Source: Mobula birostris
Lineage: Eukaryota
Assembly (NCBI RefSeq): GCF_030028105.1
Contig: NC_092396.1
Span: 31,499,474 to 31,563,473, forward strand
Length of the DNA: 64,000 nt
Direction: 5' to 3'
The position numbers and the translations under genes were made by a program. Numbering within the stretch: the first letter of the stretch is position 1; each line of letters begins with the position of its first letter. Under the pieces are notes generated by a model that saw only the letters and a program-made list of their open reading frames with translations, did no database searches and was not told where the DNA came from. This document shows, piece after piece, positions 61,024-64,000 of this stretch.

Positions 61024-61875
61024 GTGTATGAGGGAACATATAGCATAGATTGATGATTGGTTGGTTAACAGGGAACAGTATGGGTATAATAGGTTATTTG
61101 CTGGTTTGCAAAATGTAAATGCATGATGTGCTGCTGAGGCCTTAACTTTTTGCAAAGGCAGATGCAGACTCCAATGGTAAAGTTCGTTAGGGATTATTAT
61201 GGATTGATGAAATAATGGATAGCATTATTGTGCATTAATTAAAATGAGAACCAGTCTTCAGAAAATAAATCCTGTTCACAATTTAACATTCAGGCTATTG
61301 AAACCAATCATTGGCTTGGGGGCTTACATAATCCAAAGCCCAATTGGGATTGTTCCACTCCTTTTCTATAGCTAACCTCTACCTGATGATAATATAATCA
61401 AAATCTCCTTAATATATCCCTATCTACTAAAACTTGCACACCCAACCCCATTCACTACAAACAGAGCATTCAGGTTCCATAACTGGATATGGTGAGAAGG
61501 CAGGTGTATGGGGTTGAGTGGGATCCTAGATCAGCCATGGGCTTGAGGGGCTGAATGGCCTTAATACTGCTCCCTATGTCTTATGGTCTTATGGGAATTC
61601 ATAGTCCTCAAGAAGTTAAATTTTCTCTACCTTTAAAATGTAGAGCATAGAAGAATACAACACAAGAATAAGCCCCTCAGCCCACAATATTGTGCCGAAC
61701 CAGCTAAAAAGTTAATTAAAATAAAACCCAAACTAATTTCTCCTATCTACTCAATGTCCATATCTGTCCATCTTCCTCATATTCATGTGCCATCTTTTAA
61801 AGGCCTCTAATGTATTTGCCCCTACCATCATACCGGGCAGCACATTCCAGGCATTCACCGCACTCTGAGTAAAAC

Positions 61876-62850
61876 CGCCAATGGGATCCCACCACTAAGC
61901 ACATCTTTCCCTCCCCACCTCTCTCTGCTTTCAGCAGGGATCGCTCCCTACGTGACTCCCTTGTCCATTCGTTCCCCCCCCACCATCCCTCCCCACTGAT
62001 CTCCCCGCTGGCACTTATCCTTGTAAGCGGAACATGTGCTACACATTCCCTCACACTTCCTCCCTTACCACCATTCAGGGCCCCAGACAGTCCTTCCAGA
62101 TGAGGCGATACTTCACCTGTGAGTCGGCTGGGGTGATATACTGAGTCCGGTGTTCCCGATGTGGCCTTCTATATATTGGCGAGACCCGACGCAGACTGGG
62201 AGATCGTTTCGCTGAACACCTATGCTCTGTCTGTCAGAGAAAGCAGGATCTCCCAGTGGCCACACATTTTAATTCCACGTCCCATTTCCATTCTGATATG
62301 TCTATCCATGGCCTCATGAAGCCACACTCAGGTTGGAGGAACAACACCTTATATTCCATCTGGGTAGCCTCCAATCTGGTGGCATGAACATTGACTTCTC
62401 AAACTTCCGCTAATGCCCCACCTCTCCCTCGTACCCCATCCGTTATTAATTTTCATACACACATTCTTTCTCTCCCTCTCCTTTTTCTCCCTCTGTTCCT
62501 CTCACTATCCCCCTTGCCATCCTCTGGGTTTTCCCCCCTTCCCCCTTTTCTTTCTCCCTGGGCCTCCTGTCCCATGATCCTCTCATATCCCTTTTGCCAA
62601 TCAACTGTCCAGCTCTTGACTCCATCCCTCCCCCTCCTGTCTTCTCCTATCATTTTGGATGTCCCCCTCCCCCTCCCACTTTCAAATCTCTTACTAGCTC
62701 TTCTTTCAGTTAGTCCTGACGAAAGGTCTCAGTCTGAAACATCGATTGTACCTCTTCCTAGAGATGCTGCCTGGCCTGCTGTATTCACCAGCAACTTTCA
62801 TGTGTGTTGCTTGAATTTCCAGCATCTGCAGAATTCCTCATGTTTGCTAT
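61876..62850 (+). mobile_element. Penelope-like element 3' portion (GIY-YIG + pLTR)
   Basis: FTCESAGVIY*VRCSRCGLLYIGETRRRLGDRFAEHL; pLTR tail gatgctgcctggcctgct...ccagcatctgcagaa. Confidence 0.92.
62711..62748 (+). ncRNA. Minimal hammerhead ribozyme motif in pLTR, core intact (AUC triplet)
   Basis: tagtc-CTGACGA-a-agg-tctcag-tct-GAAA-c-ATC-gattg; stem I pairs fully when G-U is allowed. Confidence 0.7.
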
Positions 62851-64000
62851 GAGGTGTTATGTAGTTAAACCATTTTTTCCAGTATGAATAAAATTGTTCC
62901 AACTTATGATTAACAGATGCTGTTATCTTCTCCATTTTGTAAATGTCCATTGTAATCCATAAGCCTTCTTAACCACTTTATCGACCTTTAGCTTTGCCTT
63001 ACCTGTTGCACCTTCACCTGTTAATACAGGCAGGAGATTTAACAGAAGTTTAAGGAACCTAATAATATGTCTTTGTAATAAGGAACCAGGTGGGGGTGGG
63101 GGGAGAGAGAGAGACTGCACTCAAATAAAAATGACTTGCAGAAGGCCGAAAGATCATATTTATTTCTAAAATGATAGTAATTACAGTACTCAATTATGAA
63201 TCGTCAACTGTTTGTTCATTTCCATAGATGTTGGCTGACCTGGATTTCCAGCAAACAGATAATAAAGAAATTTGTGAAATATTTTGTGAATGAGTTTCCA
63301 GGACCAAATATAATGATACACTCATCTGTCAACAACATGTTCTGGGGAGGATGAATGCATAATCCTTATGGAATAGGTACATGGAGCTCAGAAAAATAGA
63401 GGGCTATGGGTAACCTTAGGTAATGTCTAAGTAAGTACATGTTCGGCACAGCATTGCAGGCCAAAGGGCCTGTATTGTGCTGTAGGTTTTCTATGTTTCT
63501 ATAATCATGCCCAGTTCTGTCCAAATGAGGAAAATGAAGGAGCTAACTTTTGAAAAGGCTTCAATCCTTCAGTCTATGAACAACCTGTCAGTACCAGGCA
63601 AATTAATGAGCAGGGTGATTTGTTTCCATGACATTAGGCTCAATATGACTCAGTGATATTAACTGCTGGATACTGAATATGCTTTCACAAATAATTTTGC
63701 TTGTCACTAACTAACCCATTTTTAAGAGCAGAAGAAGTAATGAAAGGCAGAGTTCCGATATCCCAGTGGGAAGCCAGACGTGGAGGGAAACAGCGGCTTA
63801 TGGAGCTTTCGTTACCCAGCTTGTGCTCCCTCAGTATCTCATCGTATGGAGCACACAATCACAATTAATTCTTTTTGATACATAAAGGTGCTAGTTCACT
63901 GATATGACAGTTACATGCTGATAGCCTTGCTCATATGCTGCATTATAGAGTGATGGAATCAAAGAGCAAATGCAGCTCAGGAACAGACCCTTCAGCCCAT

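Noticed and set aside
33600-64000. Downstream neighbour gene such as CLDN19 (expected from mammalian synteny)
   Set aside because: No claudin-like or other recognisable host exon was found by eye. Small exons could have been missed.

Overview
Vertebrate genomic DNA. The repeat content (CR1, Rex1/Babar, V-type SINEs, abundant Penelope) suggests a cartilaginous fish, which is an inference. One protein-coding gene is recognisable: P3H1/LEPRE1 (prolyl 3-hydroxylase 1) on the + strand, exons 2-15 at 4741-31296. All splice sites are GT-AG, exons 2-14 have the lengths I recall for human P3H1, the HxD...H...R dioxygenase residues are intact, and an extended C-terminus ends in KQEL. Exon 1 lies upstream of the window. 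A 151-N gap sits at 32652-32802, and no further gene was recognised after it. Introns and the downstream region are dominated by nested transposable elements: Penelope-like elements (PLEs), CR1, Rex1/Babar, L1, RTE, SINEs, a full-length degenerate Gypsy provirus, a solo LTR and a hAT derivative. The most interesting signal is a minimal hammerhead-ribozyme motif in the PLE terminal repeat, together with a family of short, TSD-flanked fold-back PLE insertions whose turn-around points fall at or beside that motif. Most ORF-track entries are repeat-derived or spurious, and TE boundaries are approximate unless a TSD is quoted.
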